A stretch of 63,826 bases of DNA, filler included, from Polymyxa betae A26-41 (taxonomy: Eukaryota > Protista > Endomyxa: Phytomyxea): NCBI GenBank assembly GCA_003693705.1. It is 8 parts of 8 records of this genome, joined end to end, with 100 filler letters (N's around TTAATTAATTAA, not from the genome) between each part and the next. Parts side by side here need not be neighbours in the genome. Positions count along the whole stretch, not along the records: positions 1 to 11,765 come from RBZT01000738.1; 7 more parts are not named here. One strand, given 5' to 3'. A model generated the notes under the pieces. The model was not told the origin of the DNA, made no database searches, and saw nothing but the letters and a program-made list of their open reading frames with translations. Below are positions 1-11,865 of this stretch, piece by piece (the stretch's first letter is position 1; the number at the start of each line of letters is the position of its first letter). The translations under genes were made by a program, and so were the position numbers.

Positions 1-2036
1 GAGATCTCAAGTAGCGCTATAGGCTGGCGCGCCAGTACGACCATGTCAACATTTTCCAAAGTATTGCCAGGTAGGATTAGCACGAATATGGGAGATCAAG
101 ACTGCAAATCCCGCATTTTTCACTAACAGCACGATCTACCTGTGCCTGATAGTTTGACTGGAAAGAACATAGAAATGCCGCTTGAATTCAGAATGATTTG
201 CGGACTTTTATGAGCCGCCAATTGAAATCCTTCTGATTATTCGCTGCTTTTCGTGTCCGGTCAGGAAATGAAAGATCATACTTCTTTGCCATCCATGTAA
301 TGGGTGAGCTTTGAACTTCCATCTCATTGTGCCCGGTGTCGTAAACCGGCACCTTTTGATTTGAAGGAAGGATTGCGCAGCCCCATAAAATCACTCAAAT
401 ATCGCACCAAGGAATTCATACTTCCCTTCGATAGTTTTATCAATGAATCCAAAACTGTCGCCATAGCTTAATGAATTAGAAACTCTTAAATTATGGCAGC
501 TTGTTTGGATGGAAAATTATGTTGACACACATTCTGCGCAGTGACGCACAAACTTTTGGTTACAGAGATCAAACATTGCGCTGTCAAAAAAGTGCCAAGT
601 TCTGGCACTGAACGACGTGCTTGGAAGCAGTAGACTGAGAATCCGTGGTGTAGCTGCAGGAAGATTTCCTGCTGGGAATATGAATATACCTACTTGATAG
701 TGAAATATGGAAAATAATTGACCTATCGAGTAATAACAAAATGGATCTAAACCATGTGCCATCAATGTGTCGCGTGAGCTTTCAACTTCCATCTGCAATC
801 AAATTGGAATTTTGTTCTGATAACGATTTATTCGGAAAGTGGAAATACTGAAAACTGTCTCCTGGATCTGCTCCAGAAAGTTGCATTACTGTCCGAATCA
901 AACTAGAAATCCACCGGCATCCAATCGTTTCTGATCGCAAATTACAGTGACTGGCCAGTACGACCTAATTGGAGCTCCGCTGGAGATCCCATCTGATCAA
1001 TTGTCAAACGTATGGATTTCAAGGTTGCGCAGGCCTGGAGTAAACTTGAAATTCTTCATATTATCTCCCTCAGTTTCCTGAGACGTTTTCGACATTTTTG
1101 CGTTGAATCAGTTGGTGTTCAACAGTCCCTTTATATCGCTTACAATGTCTTCATGAATTATCAGAGTCAATATTTATGTTGTTAAGACGTGCTCTGGCCC
1201 GCGTACAACCAGTTCGTGCTCTGTTGAGCAGAGCAAGACTGCTGTCAATTCGGTTCGGAATTTCTTCATCTCCATTGCAGCTCTCGATCTTCCTTTTTCA
1301 ATAATGATTGGTTTATTATCCGGCTCAAGGAGACTGTATCGTTCACGCTTTTTAAACATCAGTTTGTATGAAGATAACAGCGGGTCATGATCTATCTCTT
1401 CGTCTCCAGCCATTGCCGATGTTTTTGCTAGCGGAACAATTTCCTCGCTTTTAGCTGTTTCTTCTTCTGTGTAGCTCGTGATGAAGTTTATCTCTATTTC
1501 GTTCTCTCTGCATATCTCTGCTAATTTCTCATCAACATCTTTCACCGCAGCAATCGTCTATCGAATTTGTAGAGGAGAGTAGAGAGTTGATGTATTCATG
1601 AGAGCGAGTCAGAGAAAAGGTGGATCTGCCACCAAGAGGTTTCAAAGAAAGGAACGACTCTAATCCAGCCTGTATGGCGATGATCTCTGTTTCATAGCTG
1701 GATACAACATATTCTATCTGTAAGGTCGTAAAACCTAACCCTAATTCTTAACCGTCTGACAGCTTTCGGCATCTCACCGCTTCAGAATGATTTCCAGCAA
1801 TGCATTCGGACTTCTAATGATTAACTCATACAGACGGATTTGAAACCCTAACGCTTACAACAGTCTCGTCAGCCAACGATCTCTATCTGAAAAGCGTCCT
1901 GGAGCTAACCCTGAAATCAAACCATTCCGAACTTCCAGTAGCAGCCCATTCTGGTTCCACGCAGTCCTTGAGTCAGGTCCGCAATTTCCCAATGTATCTT
2001 CGTTCCGACAAGATCCCAACAGACTCCGAATAGATC

Positions 2037-3377
2037 ATGAGAGCGCTGCTAATAGCAACCTTGATCATGGCGGCGGCGTCCGCCATGAAACGAGATCACG
2101 CCGGAGGCCGCCGCTCGGACTTCGGTCCGGACCCGAAGCGTGCCCGCTTCCAGGACTCGTATCCTCACGAGATTCTCGAGGCTGTCGTCCGTCATACCCG
2201 CCCGGACCCGCTCCTAATCGCAACAATCGCGCAGGTCGACAAGACGCATCTCGAACTAGTCCGTGACAGCCTCCGCCTGAGCCGGATCGTCACCCAGCTA
2301 CCAAAGTCCGGAGACGTTTTCGTCCGCGACCTCGAATGGCTGATCAATGTATGCGGAGAGCGGCCTCGGAATCTCGCCATCTTGCGCGATCTTCTGACGC
2401 CAGAAACAGCGCCTCTGTTCCTGTATCGGCTGATGGCGATCGCCGAGCCGAATCCCGATCTGATCGTCGCCCTCTTCGACGTCATCGGGCCGATCGAATA
2501 CGTCGCGGAGTTGACGCCCGGCTGGGTTCTGGTCCTACTCCACCTCAGCTTGTGGCGGACCTTCCGAGACGCCAACGCGTCCCTGAAACCATTCTGTCTC
2601 CGAATCCTCGCCAGAATCCCGTCGTACTGCCTCCTCGCGGTCGGCGACGTTCCCGCCGCGATTCTCGACGCCGTCCGCCGGTTCGCGGACCCGATTCCCG
2701 GCGACCTTTCGATCCGTGGACGGCTTCCGGACCCGTTCGCCACGATCATGCCGTGGCGGGTCCTCGATCTGGCCGAAGAAATCGCCGCCACGCATGCGCA
2801 CGAGATTCGCCGCCGGCCCGTACTGGCCCGCCGGCTGTTCTTCCTCGGGACGCCGCTCCATCTCGACCAAATGAAGATCGCGGAGTTCACGGTTTCGCAG
2901 CTGCGTGCTTTGCTGCCGTTCGTCGTGAACGTCGCCTGCGCGCTCGCCGTCGAGCTCGACGCCCGGCTCGAATCGGGACGCGATGACCTCGTCGTTGTCG
3001 TTCTGCGCTCGGAGGCGTTCTCGGCGCCGCCTTTCGGCCAATTGAAGACGCTGTGCTGGTCGCTGCAGAGAATCGTTCGTGCGCTGATCAAGACGGCGGG
3101 CCAGCACGCCCGGCTGCTACGCATGCTGCTGGAGGCGACGCTGCCCGATGGCTGGGTGGCCGAACTCGGGTCGTGGTACGACGGCCCGATTCTGCACCGG
3201 GCCGTGAAGGCCGCGAATGCGGGCGCTGTTCGCGTCCTGCTGGAGTTCCCGGACCTGATTCAGACCGATGTTGTCGATCGTGACGGTCGGACTGCGCTGT
3301 CGTATGCGAAGCCCGGCTCGGAGATCGATTCGCTGTTTCACGACGCTTCTGTTCTGTATGAACAGACCTCCATATAG
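2037..3377 (+). CDS. Secreted effector-like protein: signal peptide, basic NLS-like patch, F-box-like segment, C-terminal ankyrin repeats
   Basis: Intronless GC-rich 446-aa ORF. It shows a hydrophobic N-terminus MRALLIATLIMAAASA, PDPKRAR, F-box-like YPHEILEAVVRH...AQVDK...L, and ankyrin motifs ILHRAVKAANAGAVRVLLE and DRDGRTALSYA. Confidence 0.8.
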   Translation: MRALLIATLIMAAASAMKRDHAGGRRSDFGPDPKRARFQDSYPHEILEAVVRHTRPDPLLIATIAQVDKTHLELVRDSLRLSRIVTQLPKSGDVFVRDLEWLINVCGERPRNLAILRDLLTPETAPLFLYRLMAIAEPNPDLIVALFDVIGPIEYVAELTPGWVLVLLHLSLWRTFRDANASLKPFCLRILARIPSYCLLAVGDVPAAILDAVRRFADPIPGDLSIRGRLPDPFATIMPWRVLDLAEEIAATHAHEIRRRPVLARRLFFLGTPLHLDQMKIAEFTVSQLRALLPFVVNVACALAVELDARLESGRDDLVVVVLRSEAFSAPPFGQLKTLCWSLQRIVRALIKTAGQHARLLRMLLEATLPDGWVAELGSWYDGPILHRAVKAANAGAVRVLLEFPDLIQTDVVDRDGRTALSYAKPGSEIDSLFHDASVLYEQTSI

Positions 3378-3551
3378 AATACATTCTTATTATCCATAAA
3401 AGAACAAATTTTCAATTTGAAGAAAAATCATATATAGGTAGAGCACATTGGTTGAAATTTCATCGCAAACAAATGTATAATGTTATTCATCAAATTCAAA
3501 AATATTTTCACAAAAAAAGTGCGCTCTGTTGTGTAATTTTAGCATATGCAC

Positions 3552-3825
3552 GGAATTCGAGAAGGGTCAAGGGGTGACACCGACAAGAAAAATTCCGCCG
3601 CGCAGAAAAAATTCTACTTCGTGCTATAGGTATCGAAATTGTGCCTGACTGGATCCATCAGGCGGGCAAATCCTGCCCGTCTTATCTGTCGACAGCTAGA
3701 AAGATTTGCCCCATCAGGCTTTCCACAGCGTTGGCAGAACAATTTTGTATTTACACGAAGTACAAATTTTTCTGCGCGGCGGAATTTTTTTCGTCGGTGT
3801 CACCCCTTGACCCTTCTCGAATTCC
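3552..3825. mobile_element. MITE-like element with about 70-bp terminal inverted repeats
   Basis: GGAATTCGAGAAGGGTCAAGGGGTGACACCGAC...CTTCGTG (3552-3623) is the near-perfect reverse complement of 3754-3825. No clear TSD is visible (NN just downstream). Confidence 0.75.
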
Positions 3826-5859
3826 CTANNATGAAAAATTGGAATAAGTGAAAACATTCCAAGTTGTTCTGTTTTTGGATTATGGTTTCCTGTGAATATA
3901 TCTCGCCCAAACTCCGGTTTCAGGATGACTGGATAATGCTCATGTGAGGTGGTCATTTGATCTTCAAACGTGGCTCCATCAACACTTGCTGAACGATGGG
4001 TTTTCGTGGGAGTTTTGCTGTCCTAATCATTTTTGTAATAGATGCATGCAATGATGGCTGGTCGTGTGCCCGATCGTACCGATTTTTTGGACGAAATTGC
4101 GGATCATCCAGTAAAAGATCACGAAATTTGGTTCCAGTTTCCGTGATACGACAAATAATGTTTTGCATGATTTTTTGTTTTGTAACCTAAACCCTTACAG
4201 TTTCACGATCATTCATCGATTTCAAAGTCGAGTTACTCAGCGACTGCGTTACCGCTCAGCAATATGTAACCAACTTTTCTTTCAGTGATAAATCGACTCC
4301 TTTTGTTCTTCTTTCTAGCCGATGCCTTATAAGACGGCTTGCCGACTTCAAGCGGGCGTTGAACGCTTTCACGATGAAGGCCGCCGTCATTCCAAAGGTG
4401 TCATTTGTATTCGGTTCCTTATTTGCTGTTATCTGCAAGTATGGATAACAAGGCTGTCGTTATTCAGACATTTATAATCGCTGAAAAATCGCATGCATAT
4501 TCATTTGATTGTAACGACCATGGGACAGCAAACGCTGCGATTCCTGATGAAGAGCGCTCTGGGATCGATGCTTTTAGACTTCATCATGAAAACATCATCG
4601 TTGGGCCGTTTCATATTCAAGTCTAGACACAATGGGAGGCCTGGTTCCAGCGTCTCTTCATTCTGCATTTGCGCGGTTTTAGCGCTCGCAGACGGACTGC
4701 GAATACATCACTCTTCGTTATCGAGATCTTTTGTAGGATTAGACGAATGCGAACATGCAGTGATATAGATACACGGAAATTCTGCTGCCAGACCTCATAA
4801 ACCCTAACCCTAACCTAAAGTCGGCAGAAGAATATTGCGGATCATGGAAAAAATCTGGAAAAGAAGCGATATTCCCTTTAATGGGTTCATTGCTCGTCTT
4901 TGATAAAGTAGTTCTGGATATCGCTGTTCTTGATCCGCTGCCAGCTGGATTCGATTCGAAAGCCCCGCGAGCAGACGTATCCGGACTTCATGGAGGCAAA
5001 GCGTTCGGAGCGGCGGATTTGACACCGCTCCCAATCGTATTCCGCATTCACTGCCACAATCTGCCTGTGGGGGACAGTACGCCCAACGACCAGGGCCTGG
5101 TGGGAGATGAGCGGAATGACTTCGCCGCAATGAAAATGTGGGAGCATCACGCAAGCTCGTGTTCCATTCATAGTAGAATTGCGTCAAAATCCATTCGATA
5201 AAATCTATAGATTATTGATCGTTAATTGCGCATTGTCGATGTAACATTACTGGTCCCTGTCGAGCCCTTCATTGACCTGCAGAGAGCCGAGCACGTCTCA
5301 TCGAAAAGCGAGCCTATTATCGTTGGCCAATCCTAAGAACAAACTCGTTATCTGATCCAGAACATCTTGGGAATTCTCGGAGTGAGCTGACGGGTCCGCA
5401 CGGGTGAATGTGCCTCATTTTCCGCAGCGATGAGATCCTGAGCCTCATCTAGCAGAAACGTAATCTCGCAACCCTCTCGTCTTCACCATTGAGGTCGTCG
5501 ATCGTATTCAGAACGGCCGAATGCGAGAACAGTTCGCGATTTTTGCATTGGTTCTATCAAAGATTTATCGCAGCAATCTAATGATATTCTGATCATTGGG
5601 GATGATGAGATCTTGAAGGGTTGCTGTTACACAGCGACAAGGCAGGGCTTGAAACAAGAAGCAAGTTAGGTTTTAGGGTTTCAAAGCACGGGCACAGAAG
5701 TCCTATGATGAAACTAAGAAGCTTTTTTTATCGTGAAATTGATACAGAACATCGTCACATTTTTCGGCATAATTTCGGACTATCAAATATAAGATGGCGA
5801 TCTCCGGACTTTCATCATCATAAGAACGGGAATCACGTCCTCTTATCCTCCCGAAGGGT

Positions 5860-7154
5860 TTAGGGTTTGACCCGAAGCGTTTCCAAAGGGATCAATCCCA
5901 GAATAGACAGCAGATCGCGAATGGCGGCGACATTGCGGGCCAGTACGGCATCGTGCAGAATCGCCGCGGGATCGACACAGCCGACGTCGCGGACGTCCGC
6001 AGCAGCGTGCGCAGGAGGGCGTGCTGGCCCGGGGCTCGGACCAGGGCCAGTATGATTCGGTGAATGGATCGAGCGCAAGCGAATCGGAAATCCTCGGACT
6101 TGATGATGGCGGCGATCACCGCGAAACGTCCGGTCCGGATCAGGTTGTCGATCTGATTGGAGAGCGCATTGGCCGCGTCCGAAACGAACGGCAGAATAGG
6201 CTGCAGTTCGAGGTCCGTGAACTCCGCGAGATTCAGCGTGCTCAGATGAAAGGGCAGCCCGAGAAAGAATAAAGTTTTCACGAGACCTGGATCGGATCGA
6301 ATATAATTTTGCCGCAATAATCTCCGAAACTGCCGTGAGACTGCGACAATTTGAAGAAATTTTCGCAAATTGTTCCGGAAGACGAGCTACAATTTCGTTG
6401 TTCTCGTTGCTACAATATTAATGAACGATTTTAGAATATCATCGTGGATATAGAGCCGTACTGCTCCGGAATCAGCTGCACGGTTTTGATGAGATCCTCT
6501 GATAGAGACAGCTCCCAGTTCATGTCTATGACGATGGTTGCGGCCCAGCCGGGGATCAATTCGCCCACGGATCTGATCCGTCCGAGTCCGCTCTCCGTGA
6601 ACAGACGCAGAACGGCGAGCGGGGAATAACGCGCGGCCATCTGGAGCCGACTCAAGAAGAGGGCGGCCAGATCGGCGGTGAAGATGTCGGCGGAAATGGC
6701 GCCCCGGATGCGCGAACAGCTGCTGCAATGTCCGAAACAAGTCGCCGCCCGAAGGCCGCATTCGGATTTCGTGCAGCCACGCCTCGCGAGCTCGGCGTCG
6801 GACATGTCCGTAGCTTCGTTGGCTGAGCTGGGCCTGGGCGAACGCCGAAGCCTGCTTCAGGCCGTACTGGGCGTGCTCAACGATCAGGTCCAGCTCGAGA
6901 TCGCGTTCGGGAGACGAGGCCAGTACGGCGGGGGCAGCGCCCGGGCTGGAACCCGTCTCGATGTTGACCCCGGCGGCAGGGTCGTTCTGGATGGCGAATG
7001 CCGTCACGGACTGACGCAAGCCAGCAGTCCGCGCTCGAGGCTGCGTCAGCTGTGTCACTGGATCCAAGGCTGCAGTCCGCGCTCGAGGCTGCGTCATCTG
7101 TATCATTGGATCAAAGGCTGCAGTCCGCGCTCGAGGCTGCGTCAGCTGTATCAC
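5860..7154 (-). pseudogene. Frameshifted paralogue of the 2037-3377 ankyrin protein
   Basis: Collinear homology is spread over four ORFs: GELIPGW vs AELTPGW; LFFLGLPFHLSTLNLAEFT..PILPFV vs LFFLGTPLHLDQMKIAEFT..ALLPFV; PGQHALLRTLL vs AGQHARLLRMLL; ILHDAVLARNVAAIRDLL vs ILHRAVKAANAGAVRVLL. Confidence 0.8.
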
Positions 7155-7190
7155 TGGATCAAAGGCTGCAGTATATCACTGGATCAAAGA
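7025..7190. repeat. 48-bp tandem repeat, about 3 copies
   Basis: Unit CAGTCCGCGCTCGAGGCTGCGTCAGCTGTATCACTGGATCAAAGGCTG, encoding 16-aa LTQPRARTAAxDPxxQ on the minus strand. Confidence 0.9.
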
Positions 7191-8694
7191 CGGCAGTGAG
7201 CAGATCGCAACTGACATAAGAAAAATGTCGAACTCATGATGAGGTTTCCAATCTGTAACGTTAGAGAGGCAAACCTGTTTTGTCACATTTTGATTTCACA
7301 TAATCACTGAGTGCACTTTGAATGCATTATCGTGGCCTGTCTCAGCTACCACCTGATCTGGATCCTTGACAGTGAGAAGCGGACTTTTCCATGGGCGGAA
7401 GTCCGAATCGCCTGATAACCCACCTCGGCAGAAGCGAAATTACCGACATCCTGGACTCGATTCGGATGAGTGCAGGCCAGTACGACAGCCGCAGCGCACC
7501 CGGATTCCGTTTACATTGACGAAACCCTGGACCCTAACCCCATTGTAGAAACGTTGTCCGCTCTTTGACATGGCGAACTGACTGTCGGCTCCATCCTGTC
7601 ACTCAGCATGTCCGAAGATGCGACAATCTGAAAACCCGAATGCCGCTACCTTTCTTAACGTCGTTTGGCGATACCAGTGGTCCAGTACCACCTGATGTAA
7701 TGGTCTATTACTGCGATCTATAATCGAAAGGATTGCAGGCGTCCGCACAATTGCAAGCTCTCATCATGAGCATCGAGCTGGGACGTTCGAATTCTGGTCT
7801 TTCATCAGTCTATTGTAAAGCTTACAATCTCGTCCTAATCGCATCGCTCCATACAAATATTCAGTAAAGAAGTAGAAGTTCTTATTGATTTTGGACTGTT
7901 GGTTCGCGTTTGCACATCGTCTCATTTCCAAAATACTCATCAGGTGCGTCATATCTCTAATACAGGAATTGAATTTGTCATTGAGCTCTCAACGAATGAC
8001 CCCTGACTGAATTCTGTTGTGACTATTGCTCTTTGAATTGTACCGATTGCCTCTCCAAGGTGATCACATTAACGCATGCGTTTATTACAGTATTGTAATT
8101 ACAGAAAAGATATCAATGCTGACAGTTATCTCATGAAATGTGCATATCAGCAGTTACTCTGACGTTTTGGAAATCCAGAACTACATTGTCATTACAATGA
8201 TCGTGAAGGCAGGTGAATATGGGATTCTCAGTATCAGTTATATGATGGAATAAACCGGAGGAGCAACTCCTTGCTGAGCTAGGATTCGAATACGGTAAGA
8301 AACGTTGTCTGAGAGCGACTCCAAATCAATCCCAGCATTCGGGCTCGTCGCGTACTAGGTCGGGCGTCCTTGAAGCACTTCATTCATCGCTCGAACTGAG
8401 CTTCATCCGTAATGATTGATCTGTCTCTAATGATAGATCGTCTGCCTATTCAAATCAATCGACAAATCCATTAATCGATGGCGATGCTCGTTTTTGATGG
8501 ATACGGGGGGGGGGCGGTTCGAAGCGCTTGGCGTCGTACTTCCCCGTCGAATCCGCTATGTTAGGGGTTAGGGAATGATAGAGGCGAATCGTGCCATGTT
8601 CATGGGGACAGTCGATAGAGTGGCGACGCGCGATTTCACGGACTCCGTGGCTGGGAGTCACATTGGTTTCGTCGTATTGCCTCCCCCTTGTGGA

Positions 8695-10467
8695 ATGGCG
8701 ATCGCCGTCGCCCTCGCCCTGATCGCTGCCGTCGCCGCCAATGCTGGTATGCCCCGCAGCCAATCGAATCCGGACCTGATGATCGAGGCGGCCTCTGAGG
8801 CGGATCAGCTCGCGGCCAATCACCGGCACAGCAAGAGCGTCGATGTCGTCCCGTGGCTGGACACGATCAACGGCTCGCCGCATCCGCTGCCGCCGCTGCC
8901 TCCCGGCCATGTTAAAAGACCAGCGCCGCCACTGCCGCCGTTCGCCAAGAAGGCCGCCGTTACGATGGAGGCGGCCGCACCCTTTAAAAAGCCGCCACGC
9001 CCCATCTCACACTCGATTTCGGCGCCCGAATTGTGTCTGTTGCTGTTCGGGATCGAGGCGTCGCTCGGGGTCGGCGTCGCCGCTGCCAAGTCCGCCGAAG
9101 AGAGCCCAGATCGCATCGTCTGCTCGATCACGGCGTCGTGCTCGCCCGATTCGAAAGTCGTCTTCGACATCAACGTGAAGCTGCATTACGACACTAAAAG
9201 CGATCGATCACGAGCGCCGGCACGGTGCCCGACAAAACTCGGGCCTGTACGGGTCCGCTCACGCAGCGTCCCCCCCAGTGCGAAACCTGTCTCGTCGCGT
9301 TCCGCTTGTCCTCTTGTGAATGTTGGTCCAGTATTACCGACGAGTTCGACGCCGATGTCGGAGGCCGCTCTTTCGAACCCGTTGGTCCATGTGCAGGATG
9401 GTTCGTCTTATGAGGTCGGTGACGATACCAATGTTCAAGACAAAGAGACATGCGGGCCTGGCTCGGAGTTCGAAATTGCGACCAGCCTGTCTCCGTCCGA
9501 GTCAATCACCTGTTCGGCCTCTTCTTTTGTAATATCGCAACCTCTTCCAGCCATCACAGGGGACGCTGCTCCATCTGATCCGTTGCCTGTAGCGGAGCCT
9601 CTCGCACCCGTCACCAACATACATGAGGTTGCTTCTTCTGACAGGGCGTCTGCTGCGGAGCCTCTACCAGCTGTCATGCCAGGGGCTGCTCCATGTGCTG
9701 TATCAGCGGAGCCTCTCGCTGAGGCTGCTCCATCTGACTCCTCGTCTGCTGCGGAGCCTCTCCCTGCTATCATGCCTCTGACTGCTCCATGTGCTGTATC
9801 AGCGGAGCCTCTAGCTGTTGTATCAGCGGAGCCTCTAGCTGCTGTATCAGCGGAGCCTCTAGCTGCTGTATCAGCTGAGCCTCTAGCTGAGGCTGCTGCA
9901 TCTGACTCTTCGTTTGTAGCAGAAGCTCTACAGAAGGCTCCTCTGTCTCTAACATCATGCTCCCCCTCCAGGTCATTCACGACGGAACCTTCAACAGTCT
10001 TCATACAGGAATCTCCTCCGGGTATTGAACCTTGTTTGTCCTCATCCCCTATTATGGCGGAGCCTCTATCTGTCATCATACAACAGCCTCCTCCATCAAT
10101 AATTCCTTCAGACCTCCCTATCAACGAAGACGTGGTCGTTCCTGTCGGTGTCGAAAGCGCCATCTCGACACCGGAGGCGGTGACGGATGGCTCACATCTT
10201 GACACACAATCGTCTGCCGATACAAAAGTTCCCAGAAGGACCCGCAACAGGCCGTTAACATCGCAAGAGGTGTTTCTTCTGGTCATATTGGAGGTCATCG
10301 TGGTCATCTCCTTGGTCGGATGTTTGGGGGCCTTTCTCTATGTAGGCATGGAACAACCATTCTGGAATCGTTTTGGTCGAGATCAGGAGCCTAATCGGAT
10401 GCCATCCACTTTTACTTATGTGACCCTAACAGGAAGAAGGATCACCGTTCCCAGATCCAGATATTAA
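8695..10467 (+). CDS. Type I membrane / mucin-like surface protein with SAEPLA repeats
   Basis: The in-frame ATG at 8695 gives signal peptide MAIAVALALIAAVAANA. It is followed by a Ser/Pro/Ala-rich ectodomain with (V)SAEPLA(A) repeats (about 9590-9900), a hydrophobic TM segment VFLLVILEVIVVISLVGCLGAFLYV and a short tail. Confidence 0.75.
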   Translation: MAIAVALALIAAVAANAGMPRSQSNPDLMIEAASEADQLAANHRHSKSVDVVPWLDTINGSPHPLPPLPPGHVKRPAPPLPPFAKKAAVTMEAAAPFKKPPRPISHSISAPELCLLLFGIEASLGVGVAAAKSAEESPDRIVCSITASCSPDSKVVFDINVKLHYDTKSDRSRAPARCPTKLGPVRVRSRSVPPSAKPVSSRSACPLVNVGPVLPTSSTPMSEAALSNPLVHVQDGSSYEVGDDTNVQDKETCGPGSEFEIATSLSPSESITCSASSFVISQPLPAITGDAAPSDPLPVAEPLAPVTNIHEVASSDRASAAEPLPAVMPGAAPCAVSAEPLAEAAPSDSSSAAEPLPAIMPLTAPCAVSAEPLAVVSAEPLAAVSAEPLAAVSAEPLAEAAASDSSFVAEALQKAPLSLTSCSPSRSFTTEPSTVFIQESPPGIEPCLSSSPIMAEPLSVIIQQPPPSIIPSDLPINEDVVVPVGVESAISTPEAVTDGSHLDTQSSADTKVPRRTRNRPLTSQEVFLLVILEVIVVISLVGCLGAFLYVGMEQPFWNRFGRDQEPNRMPSTFTYVTLTGRRITVPRSRY

Positions 10468-11563
10468 TCACGTAATATATTATACATCTATAGATTCGTT
10501 AACTTGAAAATGTCTTCAAACCCTAAACTCTGCCATAGAAAGTCGAAATTCGCCAAACGCTAAGATACCACGCTAATGTTGAAAGTTTTCGGATTTTTGT
10601 TCGGATATTTCCGAATCTGATAACTGTTGACAGTTTCTTGTAAGAAAACTCTGGAATGACTGCAGGTCGCTGATTATGAATATTGGAGAGGATTTCTATG
10701 CGAACGGCGTTGAGACGAGGATGTATCCCGCTCGAGCTTCTTTACCAATTTACATCATTGAGAATTCTTCTCTTTTAACCTGCAAATCCAGCTTTCTCAG
10801 AAGATCATTTGATGAATGGATTCTAAACTGCAAACTGACCTTGCTTATGCATATGAAAGGTAGGCTTGGGGCCAACTTGAAAGTAATCGCCTGGATCTCG
10901 TCCTTTTTTCTACGACAGATCGCCCGGGAATTTTTCAGTCGCCAAACGGCGCGGTGCACCATGGATAGAAGTCACTCCATACAAGAAACGCCTCAAGTTT
11001 TAGGAATTCAACTTGCCACAAAAGAAGCAGGTCGTTTATTCGATCTTCATTCGTGAGCTGGACAGATGAAAATTGTATTGGCTATTGAGACGCTTGTTCC
11101 GAACTGCTTCTTGGTGAGAACGATTTCGTGTAGCAATCGACTATGAAAACGAAACTCGTCAAAGAAAATGCTGCTTTCAAAAAAACAATACGACAGAGAT
11201 GTTGAATTCTCAAGTTTGAACACCACGCCATACAGATGGCAAAACAAAGAAGCATTTATGGCCAGATATGGAAATCTGCTGTGAAAACTAGAAAGCCGGG
11301 AGTGAACACAATGGAAGCTGAAAAGCGCTCTTTGATCGCATCGAAATTCTCTCACAGAATCAATTATCACGAAACATTTAAATCTGCATTGCAGTCTATG
11401 TTATCAATGAGCTGATCCAGGATAGTCATTCAGGCAGCCGAGCGAAATGGGCCAGCATATCTTCTGGCATCCATTCAACAAAGGAAATCTGCTGCAGGGC
11501 CACAGCCTGACATAACTTGGGCTACTGAAGTATCATGGCATCACCAGGACCGCAAAAAACGTA

Positions 11564-11636
11564 TGCCACCAGCGTGGATCGAACACGCGACCTTACGATC
11601 TTCAGTCGTACGCTCTCCCAACTGAGCTATGTCGGC
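11564..11636 (-). tRNA. tRNA-Phe(GAA)
   Basis: The minus strand reads GCCGACATAGCTCAGTTGGGAGAGCGTACGACTGAAGATCGTAAGGTCGCGTGTTCGATCCACGCTGGTGGCA, which folds as a cloverleaf with a T6 Pol III terminator downstream. Confidence 0.93.
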
Positions 11637-11765
11637 CAATTTCTTGCTAAAAGGAGAAGTACGACATCAACACCCAGTTTCAGAGTTATTCTCGACCCGA
11701 TCCACTAGATTGGGCGGTTCGTTTATCAATACACTTCCACTTCCAATTTTACTACTATCCTGGCT

Positions 11766-11865
11766 NNNNNNNNNNNNNNNNNNNNNNNNNNNNNNNNNNN
11801 NNNNNNNNNTTAATTAATTAANNNNNNNNNNNNNNNNNNNNNNNNNNNNNNNNNNNNNNNNNNNN
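11766..11865. other. Artificial contig linker (N44-TTAATTAATTAA-N44)
   Basis: The same 100-bp six-frame-stop spacer occurs at 37814-37913, 42296-42395, 46631-46730, 49872-49971, 53625-53724 and 61003-61102. Confidence 0.97.

Noticed and set aside
2192-3124. Long antisense or alternate-frame ORFs (also 9435-10307, 58636-59517)
   Set aside because: They are shadows of GC-rich or repetitive genes on the other strand.
11766-11865. Recurrent TTAATTAATTAA palindrome within N runs
   Set aside because: It is an artificial contig spacer. Apparent neighbourhoods across it (for example tRNA-Phe next to the PLE) are not real.
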